Shown: positions 39,505 through 48,433 of the stretch, one piece after another | Layout of the letters: the number at the start of each line of letters is the position of its first letter | Numbering within the stretch: the first letter of the stretch is position 1 | Notes under the pieces: generated by a model | What the model was told of the DNA's origin: nothing | Database searches by the model: none | Seen by the model: only the letters and a program-made list of their open reading frames with translations | Assembly: GCA_045659245.1 (NCBI GenBank) | Contig: JAZOWN010000006.1 | Location: 13,186 to 77,185 of the forward strand | Source of the DNA: Eubacteriales bacterium | GTDB lineage: Bacteria > Bacillota > Clostridia > Oscillospirales > CAG-272 | DNA length: 64,000 bases | Direction: 5' to 3' | Translations under genes and position numbers: made by a program

Positions 39505-40560
39505 ATGAAGAAAGTATATTTGGTTACAGAGGACGGACACAGCTTTGAGGGCTATGCCTTCGGAGCGCAAGCAGAGGTTACGGGCGAGCTTGTGTTCAAC
39601 ACGGGAATGGTTGGTTATATCGAGACTCTCACCGATGCGGCTTATTACGGACAGATAGTAGTCGAGACGTTTCCTCTTGTAGGAAACTACGGCATTATCC
39701 CCTCGGACTTTGAGGGCAAGTGCGCCGTAAAGGGACTTATCGTTCGCGAGTGGTGCGATGCTCCCTCGAACTTCAGATGCGAATACGACCTTGACAAATA
39801 CCTCAAGGACAACGGTATCCCCGGAATTTACGGAATTGATACCAGAGCTATCACCAAGCACATCAGAGAAAACGGCGTAATGAACGCGAAGATCTGCTAT
39901 GAGCTTCCTTACGATCTTGACGAGATCAAGGCTTATAAGATAACAGACGCAGTAGCGGCTGTAAGCACAGAGGAGAAGAAGTCCTTTGACGCTGAGAACG
40001 CAAAATATAACGTGACCGTCGTTGATTACGGCATCAACAAGAGCTTTGTTGACGAGCTTATTAAGCGCGGCTGTAACGTAACCGTAGTTCCTGCTAATAC
40101 ATCTGCCGAGGAGATCCTTGCAGGCAAGCCCGACGGAATTCTTCTTTCGGGCGGACCCGGAAACCCCGCAGATTGTGAGTCGTATGTTGCTGAGGTTAAA
40201 AAGCTTATGGGTAAAGCTCCCATGTTCGGTATCGGACTTGGTCACCAGCTCATGGCTCTTGCAATGGGCGCTACCACCTACAAGCTCAAATACGGTCACC
40301 GCGGAGGCAATCAGCCCTCGCACAAGGTGAACAGCAACCGTACTTATATAACCTCGCAGAACTGCGGTTATGCGGTTGATTCTGACAGCGTAAAGGTTGG
40401 ATGCGTATCGTTTGTAAACGCAAACGATAACACCTGCGAAGGAATTGAATATGCAGACATGAAGGCGTTCTCGGTACAGTTTTATCCCGAGTCTATCGCA
40501 GGACTTCATAGCACCTCATTTCTTTATGACAACTTTATCGATATGATGGGAGGTAATTGA
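39505..40560 (+). CDS. carA: carbamoyl-phosphate synthase small (glutaminase) subunit
   Basis: The triad region is GIGLGHQL (in canonical CarA the Cys nucleophile is GICLGHQ; here Gly-Leu occupies that position and this was not checked further). The GATase fold is present. The ATG at 39505 lies 5 nt after the AAGAGG RBS; the track uses GTG 39499. Confidence 0.85.
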   Translation: MKKVYLVTEDGHSFEGYAFGAQAEVTGELVFNTGMVGYIETLTDAAYYGQIVVETFPLVGNYGIIPSDFEGKCAVKGLIVREWCDAPSNFRCEYDLDKYLKDNGIPGIYGIDTRAITKHIRENGVMNAKICYELPYDLDEIKAYKITDAVAAVSTEEKKSFDAENAKYNVTVVDYGINKSFVDELIKRGCNVTVVPANTSAEEILAGKPDGILLSGGPGNPADCESYVAEVKKLMGKAPMFGIGLGHQLMALAMGATTYKLKYGHRGGNQPSHKVNSNRTYITSQNCGYAVDSDSVKVGCVSFVNANDNTCEGIEYADMKAFSVQFYPESIAGLHSTSFLYDNFIDMMGGN

Positions 40561-40561
40561 T

Positions 40562-43500
40562 ATGCCGCTTAATAAGGACATAAAAAAGGTTTTGGTTATT
40601 GGTTCCGGTCCTATCGTTATCGGACAGGCAGCGGAGTTCGACTATGCGGGCGCGCAGGCATGCCGCGTTCTTAAGGACGCAGGCGTAAACGTCGTTCTCG
40701 TAAACTCCAACCCCGCAACTATAATGACGGACAACGCGCTTGCGGACGAGATCTATCTTGAGCCTCTTACTGCGGAGACTGTAAAGAGAATTATCGAAAA
40801 GGAAAAGCCCGACAGCCTTCTTGCAGGACTTGGCGGACAGACCGGACTTACTATTGCGATGCAGCTGTCGCACGACGGATTTTTACAGTCGCACGGCGTA
40901 AGACTTCTCGGAACTGACGCAAAGGCAATTGATAAGGCAGAGGACAGACAGCTCTTCAAGGAGACCATGGAGTCTATCGGCGAGCCTTGTATCCCCTCTG
41001 ATATTGCTAACGACGTAGAGACTGCGGTTGCAATTGCCGACATAATAGGATATCCCATCATTATCCGTCCCGCGTTTACGCTCGGCGGTGCGGGTGGCGG
41101 TGTTGCAAACAACCGCGAGGAGCTCCTCGTCGTTGCACAGACAGGACTTGACGCATCTCCCATTAATCAGGTGCTTGTTGAAAGATATATTTTCGGCTGG
41201 AAGGAGATCGAGTTTGAAACCATGCGTGACGCGGCAGGTAACGCGATCGCCGTTTGTAGCATGGAAAACTTTGACCCCGTTGGAATCCATACGGGTGACT
41301 CCATAGTTGTGGCGCCCGCACTGACTCTTTCCAATAAAGAGTATCAGATGCTCCGTACCGCGTCGCTCAATATCGTAAACGCGCTCGGCATCGTCGGCGG
41401 CTGTAACTGTCAGTTTGCTCTCAATCCCAATAGCTTTGAGTATGCGGTAATCGAGGTAAACCCCAGAGTTTCCCGTTCCTCCGCACTTGCAAGTAAGGCG
41501 AGCGGATATCCTATCGCAAAGATAACCACAAAGGTTGCTCTCGGATATACGCTTGACGAGATTCAGAACGATATTACGGGAAAGACCTGCGCATGCTTCG
41601 AGCCTACGCTCGACTACGTGGTAGTAAAATTCCCCAAGTGGCCATTCGATAAATTCAACGGCTCGAGCAGAAAGCTCGGAACGCAGATGAAGGCAACGGG
41701 CGAGGTAATGTCTATCGGTCCTTCGTTTGAAATGGCTATCATGAAGGCAGTCCGCGGAGCGGAGATCTCTCTTGACACGCTCAACGCGCGTCCTCTTAAC
41801 GATGCGCCCATAGAGGAGCGTCTTGCCGCTATGGACGACCGCAGAATATTTACCGTATTTGAGGCGCTTAAGGAAGGCGTTACTATTGAGAAGATCAATG
41901 AGATAACGAGAATCGACCCGTGGTTCCTCTCAAAGCTCAAAAAGCTTGTTGAATTTGAAAAGGCAATCGAGAACGGCTTGACGGCTGATACCTACAAGCT
42001 CGGTAAGATGCTCGGCTATACGGACAAGTCCTTGGCAAAGCTCAGCGGAGAGGCAAACGTGCCCTCAATGGACGCATCTTATAAGATGGTTGATACCTGT
42101 GCGGCAGAATTTGACGCTCGTACACCCTATTTCTATTCCACCTACGGCGGAGAGTGCGAGGCTCGCGGCTTTAAGAAGAGCGGAAAGCCCACCATTCTCG
42201 TTCTCGGCTCAGGTCCTATAAGAATAGGACAGGGAATTGAGTTCGACTATTCCTCCGTTCACTGCGTATGGGCGCTCAAGGAGCTTGGATATGACGTTGT
42301 TATCGTAAACAACAACCCCGAAACCGTTTCTACGGACTACGATACCGCTGACAGACTGTACTTTGAGCCTCTTACTCCCGAGGACGTTATGAACATTATC
42401 AAGGTTGAAAAGCCTATCGGTGTCGTTGTTGCATTCGGCGGACAGACGGCGATCAAGCTCACTCAGTTCCTGGACGATAACGGAATCGAGATACTCGGAA
42501 CGTCTGCCGAGGGAATCGATATGGCAGAGGACAGAGAAAAGTTCGATGCGCTCCTTGAAAGATTTAATATCCGCAGACCTGTCGGAACGAGCATTATGAC
42601 TACCGAGGAGGCGCTTAAGGCAGCAGAGCAGATAGGATACCCCGTTCTGCTTCGTCCCTCTTACGTTATCGGCGGACAGAATATGTCTATCGTTTATAAC
42701 GCAAGAGAGGTTGAGACCTATATGACCCGTATTCTTTCTACGGGCATTGAGAACCCCGTTCTGGTCGATAAATATATGATGGGAACAGAGCTTGAGGTCG
42801 ACGTAATTTCCGACGGTAAGGACGTTCTTATCCCCGGTATTATGCAGCACGTTGAGCGTGCGGGAGTTCACAGCGGTGACTCTATCGCGGTTTACCCGCC
42901 TTTCAGCGTAAACGATAAGCTTCTTAATACTCTCGTTGAATCTTCCGAAAAGCTCGCGCTTTCTCTTGGAACTAAGGGACTTGTAAATATTCAGTACCTC
43001 ATCTACCGTAACGAGCTTTACGTTATCGAGGTTAACCCCCGCGCTTCGAGAACCATACCTTATATAAGTAAGGTAACGGGCGTGCCTATGGTTGACCTTG
43101 CTACCAAGGTAATGCTCGGCGCACCTCTTGCTTCTCTCGGCTACGGCACGGGACTTTACAAGACACCTCCTTACTATGCAGTAAAGGTGCCCGTATTCTC
43201 CTTCCAAAAGCTGACGGACGCTAACTCCTACCTCGGACCGGAAATGAAGTCTACGGGTGAGGTTCTCGGACTTGGAAAGAACCTTAACGAGGCTATATTC
43301 AAGGGACTTACCTCGGCAGGATTTTCGCTTAAGGCGCCCAGTGCAGGCTCTGACGTCGGCGTGTTTATAAGCGTTGGCGAGCATGACCTTCGCGAGATCG
43401 TAACGCTCGCAAAGAAGCTTAGCGACCTTGGAATGAAGATATATGCAACCAAGCAGACCGCAGAGGCTATCGAGGGACTCGGAATTTCCGTTGTTTCCAT

Positions 43501-44593
43501 CGGTGCCGTTGGCGAGACCAACGATGCATACGAGCTGATCGAGAGCGGAAAGATAAGCTATATCGTTTATACGGGAACTCTCTTTGACACCTCGCTTAAC
43601 GAGTTTATAGCGCTTCACAGAAAGGCGCTTCAGCACTCCGTTGCGTGCCTTACCTCGCTTGATACCGCGAATGCTCTTGCAGATATTATCGCAAGCCGCT
43701 ATAATCAGCAGAACACCGAGCTTGTTGACATCAACAATATGCGTACACAGCCTATGCTTATTAAGTTCTCCAAGATGCAGGGAACGGGCGACGACTATAT
43801 CTTCATAAACAATATGGACGAAAGCATAACCTGTCCCGAATCCTTGAGCCTTACCATGTGTGATAGACACTACGGAGTAGGCGCTGACGGACTTGTTCTT
43901 ATAGAGAAATCCGACGTTGCCGATGCGCGCATGAGGATCTTCAACCGCGACGGTAGTGAGGGTGTAATGGCGGGTAACTCCATTCGTTGCGTAGGAAAGT
44001 ATCTGTACGATAACAAGATCGTCAACAAGGATAGAATAAACATCGAAACGAGAAGCGGTATAAGAGATCTTCGCCTTTACACAAGAAACGGCAAGGTTAC
44101 TACCGTAAGCGTTGGAATGGGCAAGGCAAGCGTTCTTCTTAAGGACATTCCCACCACCATTGACGCAGAGCGCGCTGTAAATTATCCCTTGACGGTTGGT
44201 GGCAAGGAATATAACGTAACGCTCGTGTCCATGGGTAACCCCCACTGCGTAGTATTTACCGACTACGTTGTCGGTGTTGACGTTAAGGGCATAGGACGGC
44301 TCTTCGAGAATGCTCCCGAATTCCCCGAAAGAATTAATACCGAATTTATTCGCGTAGTAAACCCGAACACCATAAAGATGCGAGTTTACGAGCGCGGAAA
44401 CGGAGAAACTCCTGCCTGCGGAACAGGTGCGTGCGCGGCTGTTGTTGCGGCTGTCGAAAACGGCTTCTGCAAGAAGGGCGAGGACGTTACCGTTAAGCTT
44501 CGCGGCGGTGACCTTATCGTAAATTACACTGACGAAAAGGTAATTCTTATCGGAAACGCAGAACTTGTATATCAGGGATATATGGAAGACTGA
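40562..44593 (+). CDS. carB: carbamoyl-phosphate synthase large subunit fused in frame to diaminopimelate epimerase (CarB::DapF, 1343 aa)
   Basis: Residues 1-1064 are a full CarB with two ATP-grasp halves and an MGS-like tail. Residues 1065-1343 (nt 43754-44590) are a full DapF. The DapF part has FSKMQGTGDDYIF, the first catalytic Cys in AGNSIRCVGKY and the second in ETPACGTGACA. No stop codon and no Shine-Dalgarno sequence lie at the junction (..aacaatatgcgtacacagcctATGctt..). Confidence 0.85.
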   Translation: MPLNKDIKKVLVIGSGPIVIGQAAEFDYAGAQACRVLKDAGVNVVLVNSNPATIMTDNALADEIYLEPLTAETVKRIIEKEKPDSLLAGLGGQTGLTIAMQLSHDGFLQSHGVRLLGTDAKAIDKAEDRQLFKETMESIGEPCIPSDIANDVETAVAIADIIGYPIIIRPAFTLGGAGGGVANNREELLVVAQTGLDASPINQVLVERYIFGWKEIEFETMRDAAGNAIAVCSMENFDPVGIHTGDSIVVAPALTLSNKEYQMLRTASLNIVNALGIVGGCNCQFALNPNSFEYAVIEVNPRVSRSSALASKASGYPIAKITTKVALGYTLDEIQNDITGKTCACFEPTLDYVVVKFPKWPFDKFNGSSRKLGTQMKATGEVMSIGPSFEMAIMKAVRGAEISLDTLNARPLNDAPIEERLAAMDDRRIFTVFEALKEGVTIEKINEITRIDPWFLSKLKKLVEFEKAIENGLTADTYKLGKMLGYTDKSLAKLSGEANVPSMDASYKMVDTCAAEFDARTPYFYSTYGGECEARGFKKSGKPTILVLGSGPIRIGQGIEFDYSSVHCVWALKELGYDVVIVNNNPETVSTDYDTADRLYFEPLTPEDVMNIIKVEKPIGVVVAFGGQTAIKLTQFLDDNGIEILGTSAEGIDMAEDREKFDALLERFNIRRPVGTSIMTTEEALKAAEQIGYPVLLRPSYVIGGQNMSIVYNAREVETYMTRILSTGIENPVLVDKYMMGTELEVDVISDGKDVLIPGIMQHVERAGVHSGDSIAVYPPFSVNDKLLNTLVESSEKLALSLGTKGLVNIQYLIYRNELYVIEVNPRASRTIPYISKVTGVPMVDLATKVMLGAPLASLGYGTGLYKTPPYYAVKVPVFSFQKLTDANSYLGPEMKSTGEVLGLGKNLNEAIFKGLTSAGFSLKAPSAGSDVGVFISVGEHDLREIVTLAKKLSDLGMKIYATKQTAEAIEGLGISVVSIGAVGETNDAYELIESGKISYIVYTGTLFDTSLNEFIALHRKALQHSVACLTSLDTANALADIIASRYNQQNTELVDINNMRTQPMLIKFSKMQGTGDDYIFINNMDESITCPESLSLTMCDRHYGVGADGLVLIEKSDVADARMRIFNRDGSEGVMAGNSIRCVGKYLYDNKIVNKDRINIETRSGIRDLRLYTRNGKVTTVSVGMGKASVLLKDIPTTIDAERAVNYPLTVGGKEYNVTLVSMGNPHCVVFTDYVVGVDVKGIGRLFENAPEFPERINTEFIRVVNPNTIKMRVYERGNGETPACGTGACAAVVAAVENGFCKKGEDVTVKLRGGDLIVNYTDEKVILIGNAELVYQGYMED

Positions 44594-44656
44594 TTTTTCA
44601 TAATATTGTTGACTACGAATAAATAAACTTACTATACAAGTGAATAAATTTATGCA

Positions 44657-44689
44657 AAATGCCGTATTTCTTGGAATACGGCATTTTTG
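44657..44689 (+). terminator. intrinsic terminator of the arg-car operon
   Basis: An 11-bp stem AATGCCGTATT (44658-44668) / AATACGGCATT (44675-44685) is followed by a T-run. Confidence 0.8.
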
Positions 44690-44691
44690 TA

Positions 44692-44982
44692 TTGACAAAA
44701 AAATCGTTTTGGAGTATAATTTTCTCGTAAACCTATGATTAAGAATAGTAGTTAAAGTTATTGATTTTCAGAGAGCCAACGGTGGTGTGAGTTTTGGTAT
44801 TCAATCTTTAGTGAATGGACTTATGAGGGCGGCCGAAAGAGATTTTTTGAGTAGTAACCGACGGAACCGGATCCGTTACAGTTCGGAGTTGCTGAGTGGC
44901 AACGCACAGAGTGGGCGCACGTCGCCAATCACGGGTGGTACCGCAGGTTTTCCTGTCCCTGAACGTAGGGGCAGATTTTTTG
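44692..44982 (+). promoter_or_regulatory. promoter plus T-box leader with Trp specifier (UGG) controlling trpB
   Basis: The promoter is TTGACA (44692-44697), 17 nt, then TATAAT (44715-44720). Stem-I reads AGAGAGCCAACGGUGGUGUGAG. GAA-UGG-A places UGG at 44816-44818. The T-box core GGGUGGUACCGCAG is at 44933-44946. The terminator is CUGUCCCU/AGGGGCAG plus a U-run (44953-44981). Confidence 0.88.
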
Positions 44983-45088
44983 TTTTTCGGAGGTAATTAT
45001 GTTTCTTTTGACAAAACGATGGCAAGCGCTGCATACCTTTTTGAGAAAATAATTTGCTTTAATATATAAAAAATTAGGAGAAAAAACG

Positions 45089-46321
45089 ATGAATAAATAC
45101 AGAGATTTTGATAACTATTTTAAGGAATTTCCGAATGAAAAGGGTTATTTTGGCGAGTACGGAGGTTCGTTTTTGCCGCCTGAGCTTATCCCCGCATTCG
45201 AGGAAGCAAAGAACTCATACGAGGCAATTTGTCAGTCCGCACAGTTTATAAACGAGCTTAGACGCATTCGTAAGGATTTTCAGGGCAGACCTACCCCTGT
45301 ATATCACTGCGAAAGACTGTCAAAGCTTTTCGGAAATTGCCAGATATATTTGAAGCGCGAGGACCTCAACCACACGGGTGCACACAAGCTTAACCACTGC
45401 ATGGGTGAGGGCTTGCTTGCAAAGTACATGGGCAAGAAGAAGCTCATTGCCGAAACGGGCGCAGGACAGCACGGAGTTGCTCTTGCGACGGCTGCCGCAT
45501 ACTTTGGTATGGAATGTGATATTTACATGGGTGAGGTTGATATTGAAAAGCAGAAGCCCAACGTAATTCGTATGAAGATGCTTGGTGCTAACGTAATTCC
45601 CGTTACCCACGGACTCAAGACGCTTAAAGAAGCGGTTGACGCGGCATTTGAGGCATATATGAATGAGTACGACGATGCTATCTACTGTATCGGTTCAGCG
45701 CTTGGACCACATCCGTTCCCCATGATGGTAAGAGATTTTCAGGCGGTTATCGGACACGAGGCAAGAGATCAGTTCCTTGAAATGACGGGACATTTTCCCG
45801 ATGCTATCACGGCGTGCGTCGGCGGTGGCTCTAACTCGCTCGGTATGTTCACACCTTTCCTTGCAGATCCCGTTGAGATCTACGGTATAGAGCCTCTCGG
45901 AAGAGGATCTAACGTAGGTGACCACGCGGCTACCATGCAGTTTGGTACAAAGGGAAGACTCCACGGCTTTGAGAGCTATCTGCTTCAGGACGAAAACGGC
46001 GAGCCGTTGCCCGTTTACTCTATCGCGAGCGGACTTGACTATCCCGGTGTAGGACCTGAGCACGCGCATCTGCGTGACCTCGGCAGAGTACACTATGAAA
46101 CCGCAAGCGACGAGGAAGCGATGGAAGCATTCTTCCTGCTTTGCCGCTACGAGGGAATTATCCCCGCTATTGAAAGCTCGCATGCGCTCGCATACGCTAT
46201 AAGATACGCTAAGGAGCATAAATCCGGCTCTATCCTTTGCTGTCTGTCCGGCAGAGGCGATAAGGATATCGACTACGTATACGAAAACTACGGCTGCGGC
46301 GAGAAGTTTTTCAATAAGTAA
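45089..46321 (+). CDS. trpB: tryptophan synthase beta chain (TrpB1-like), stand-alone with no trpA or other trp genes adjacent
   Basis: Blocks present are [14 protein letters not shown], the PLP-Lys motif [23 protein letters not shown] and GGGSNS. Confidence 0.9.
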   Translation: MNKYRDFDNYFKEFPNEKGYFGEYGGSFLPPELIPAFEEAKNSYEAICQSAQFINELRRIRKDFQGRPTPVYHCERLSKLFGNCQIYLKREDLNHTGAHKLNHCMGEGLLAKYMGKKKLIAETGAGQHGVALATAAAYFGMECDIYMGEVDIEKQKPNVIRMKMLGANVIPVTHGLKTLKEAVDAAFEAYMNEYDDAIYCIGSALGPHPFPMMVRDFQAVIGHEARDQFLEMTGHFPDAITACVGGGSNSLGMFTPFLADPVEIYGIEPLGRGSNVGDHAATMQFGTKGRLHGFESYLLQDENGEPLPVYSIASGLDYPGVGPEHAHLRDLGRVHYETASDEEAMEAFFLLCRYEGIIPAIESSHALAYAIRYAKEHKSGSILCCLSGRGDKDIDYVYENYGCGEKFFNK

Positions 46322-46329
46322 TTTGTAGA

Positions 46330-46366
46330 AGAAAGTCGGCCCTTGGGTTGACTTTCTTTTGCTTTT
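46330..46366 (+). terminator. terminator after trpB (its 3' arm overlaps the -35 of the next promoter)
   Basis: The stem AGAAAGTC (46330-46337) / GACTTTCT (46350-46357) is followed by TTTTGCTTTT. Confidence 0.6.
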
Positions 46367-46580
46367 ATGCTATAATGTGAGCGTATGTCAGGGGTGTACG
46401 CAGTACTTAATAAGGAATTCGGTGAAAATCCGAAACGAGCGTGTCGCCGTATGCAAAAACAGGTGCGAAAGCAAGCTCGCCGCAGAGCTTGTTATCCATT
46501 GGACTTTTGTCTGAGAAGGTTTTTTGCGACCTTGCGCGAAAGCGCATTTTGCTAAGTCGGAAGACTTGCCCCGTAAGCTT
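46348..46580 (+). promoter_or_regulatory. promoter plus cobalamin (B12) riboswitch
   Basis: The promoter is TTGACT (46348-46353), 17 nt, then TGcTATAAT (46371-46376). The aptamer core reads AAUAAGGAAUUCGGUGAAAAUCCGAAACGAGCG..CGCC, followed by CCAUUGG..CUGAGAAGG. The B12-box-like AAGUCGGAAGACUUGCC lies at 46554-46570. Confidence 0.8.
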
Positions 46581-46656
46581 TTTACCGCACGGACCGGATC
46601 GATAAAAACGATGAAAGCTTGGTATGCGAGAAAAATAAAATTTTAGGAGAATTAAA

Positions 46657-47106
46657 ATGAACAGAATTTTCAAAAAGCATTCAATTCTGTCACTTGTTCT
46701 CGTGATCGTGCTTATTGCGGCTATGGCACTGTCCGTTGTATCTTGTGACAAAAAAGACGTGGAGGGTGATGATACAGCCCCCACTACGCAGGCGGAGTCA
46801 GCTACCTCAATAGGAGAAGGGGAGAGGTCTTTTCCCTTTACAGTTGTCTTTGCCGATGGTTCGAGCAAGGCTTATACTGTGTACACCAATGAAACAATCG
46901 TGGGTAACGCACTTGTCGGAGCAGGTCTTATTTCGGGAGAGGAAGGACAGTTTGGCCTTTACGTAAAGACGGTTGACGGCGTTACGCTTGATTACGACAC
47001 GGACGGCAAATATTGGGCGTTTTACGTAGACGGCTCTTATGCTATGGCAGGAGTGGATTCTACCGAAATAGAGGCAGGCAAGGTTTACACCTTTAAGGCA
47101 GAGTAA
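46657..47106 (+). CDS. DUF4430-type (transcobalamin-like) lipoprotein, putative surface cobalamin-binding protein
   Basis: The signal peptide carries a lipobox (ALSVVSC). The mature domain has the pattern FPFTVVFADGS..GLISGEEGQFGLYVKTVDGV..YWAFYVDG typical of DUF4430. It sits directly behind a B12 riboswitch. Confidence 0.7.
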   Translation: MNRIFKKHSILSLVLVIVLIAAMALSVVSCDKKDVEGDDTAPTTQAESATSIGEGERSFPFTVVFADGSSKAYTVYTNETIVGNALVGAGLISGEEGQFGLYVKTVDGVTLDYDTDGKYWAFYVDGSYAMAGVDSTEIEAGKVYTFKAE

Positions 47107-47108
47107 AA

Positions 47109-47648
47109 TTGGAAAAGAGAAGACGCCCTAAATGGGCAGAAATAATAAGAAAACTCGTGCTTTTTTCCATGCTTGGCGCGCTGATGTTTACGTCAAAGGT
47201 GGTTATGGAGGCTTTGCCAAACGTACATCTTGTGGGCGCTTTGGTTATGATATATACCATCGTTTATCGCTTTGAAGCACTTGCGCCTATAGCTATGTTC
47301 ATTTTGTTAAGTGGAGTATACATGGGATTTAGCCCTTGGTGGGTACCTTACTGCTACGTTTGGACGGTGCTTTGGGGAGTGACTATGCTTTTGCCGAGAA
47401 GAATGCCGAAATGGCTCAAAGCTCCCGTATATATAACGGTCTGCGCCTTGCACGGGCTTGCATTCGGAACGCTGTATGCACCCTTTCAAGCGCTTGTCTT
47501 TGGCTTGGACTGGAGGGGAATGCTCGCGTGGATCGCAAGCGGATTTCCGTTCGACGTTGTTCATGCAATAGGCAATTTAGTAGCGGGAACGCTTATCGTG
47601 CCGATATCTACCGTTTTACTAAAGCTGGAGAGCAAATTTTCACGGTAA
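47109..47648 (+). CDS. ECF-transporter S component, cobalamin-specific CbrT-like (putative)
   Basis: 179-aa protein with about 5-6 TM helices. It is coupled to the DUF4430 gene by a 2-nt gap and belongs to the riboswitch-controlled unit. The start codon is uncertain: TTG 47109, with no in-frame ATG nearby. Confidence 0.6.
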   Translation: MEKRRRPKWAEIIRKLVLFSMLGALMFTSKVVMEALPNVHLVGALVMIYTIVYRFEALAPIAMFILLSGVYMGFSPWWVPYCYVWTVLWGVTMLLPRRMPKWLKAPVYITVCALHGLAFGTLYAPFQALVFGLDWRGMLAWIASGFPFDVVHAIGNLVAGTLIVPISTVLLKLESKFSR

Positions 47649-47721
47649 AGGTATGTTGAATAATTACAAACAAAAGCCGTGTTTTGCCCCAAAAATTTAT
47701 TGTCGAATAAAGATAATTTTA

Positions 47722-47896
47722 TTGACTTTACGGTTACTATGTGGTATAATATATTCGTTAAGGGCTGTGTGCCTTTTTATGGCTTTTTGTGACCGACGGA
47801 TAAGTAGAAAAAACTACATGGGAGCAGGAAGTAATATAGCCGACCGTCTGGGCAGTCCTTTACCTTTGGGTAGGACTGCCCATATTTATTTTTTTG
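47722..47896 (+). promoter_or_regulatory. promoter plus ZTP (pfl-motif) riboswitch with terminator expression platform, upstream of the pur operon
   Basis: The promoter is TTGACT (47722-47727), 17 nt, then TGgTATAAT (47745-47750). The 5' subdomain is UGUGACCGACGGAUAAGUAG..CUACAUGGGAGC. After a linker, the 3' subdomain is CCGACCGUCUGGGCAG. The terminator GGGCAGUCCU (47850-47859) / AGGACUGCCC (47872-47881) plus a U-run overlaps the pseudoknot strand. Confidence 0.8.
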
Positions 47897-47907
47897 GAGG
47901 AAATCAA

Positions 47908-48402
47908 ATGAAAAAAGTTGGAATTATCATGGGAAGTGACAGTGATCTTCCCGTAGTAGAGAAGGCGATCAATACGCTTAAGGAATACGGCGTGCCTTTT
48001 GAGGTGCACGTTTATTCTGCACACAGAACGCCTGTGGAAGCAAAGGAGTTTTCCGCAAGTGCAAGAGAGAAGGGCTTTGGCGCTTTGATCGCGGCAGCAG
48101 GAATGGCGGCTCACCTTGCGGGAGCAGTTGCGGCAAACACCACGCTGCCTGTGATCGGTATACCCGTAAAATCCAAGAACTTTGACGGTATGGACGCGCT
48201 TTTGTCCACCGTTCAGATGCCCACGGGAATTCCCGTGGCGACGGTTGCGGTAGACGGCGCGGCAAATGCGGCTCTGCTCGCAATCCAGATACTTGCAGTA
48301 AGTGACGAAGCGCTTGCAGAGAAGCTTGACGCGGCAAGAGCTGCGGGAGCTAAAAAGGTTCTTGCAAAGAACGCAGAGATAGAAGCAAAATTCAACGTAT
48401 AA
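47908..48402 (+). CDS. purE: 5-(carboxyamino)imidazole ribonucleotide mutase / AIR carboxylase catalytic subunit PurE
   Basis: The ATG at 47908 follows a GGAGG RBS. Blocks present are [18 protein letters not shown] and GMAAHLAG. The 85-codon N-terminal extension in the track ORF covers the riboswitch and is rejected. No purK is adjacent. Confidence 0.92.
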   Translation: MKKVGIIMGSDSDLPVVEKAINTLKEYGVPFEVHVYSAHRTPVEAKEFSASAREKGFGALIAAAGMAAHLAGAVAANTTLPVIGIPVKSKNFDGMDALLSTVQMPTGIPVATVAVDGAANAALLAIQILAVSDEALAEKLDAARAAGAKKVLAKNAEIEAKFNV

Positions 48403-48433
48403 ATTAACAAAGTAAACATTCAGAGGAGGGCCT

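Noticed and set aside
42209-44698. 829-aa minus-strand ORF, plus similar giants at 27001-28722 (573 aa), 38812-40509 (565 aa), 54671-56578 (635 aa), 52179-53534 (451 aa), 22118-23218 (366 aa), 35455-36489, 35198-36088, 28781-29701 and 31994-32845.
   Set aside because: Each lies entirely antisense to a confidently identified + strand enzyme gene (carB, leuC, argF/carA, purL, purH, ilvC, argJ, leuD/leuB, argG). Their translations are low-complexity (rich in Ser, Leu, Arg, Val and Cys) with no recognisable motifs or RBS. They are shadow ORFs created by the codon bias of the sense genes.
46407-46868. 153-aa minus-strand ORF.
   Set aside because: It overlaps the cobalamin riboswitch and the 5' part of the DUF4430 lipoprotein gene on the opposite strand. 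It has no RBS or recognisable domain.
47653-47907. 85-codon N-terminal extension of the purE track ORF, and ORF 47336-47659.
   Set aside because: The extension covers the promoter, the ZTP riboswitch and its terminator. The conserved PurE sequence starts at the RBS-preceded ATG at 47908.
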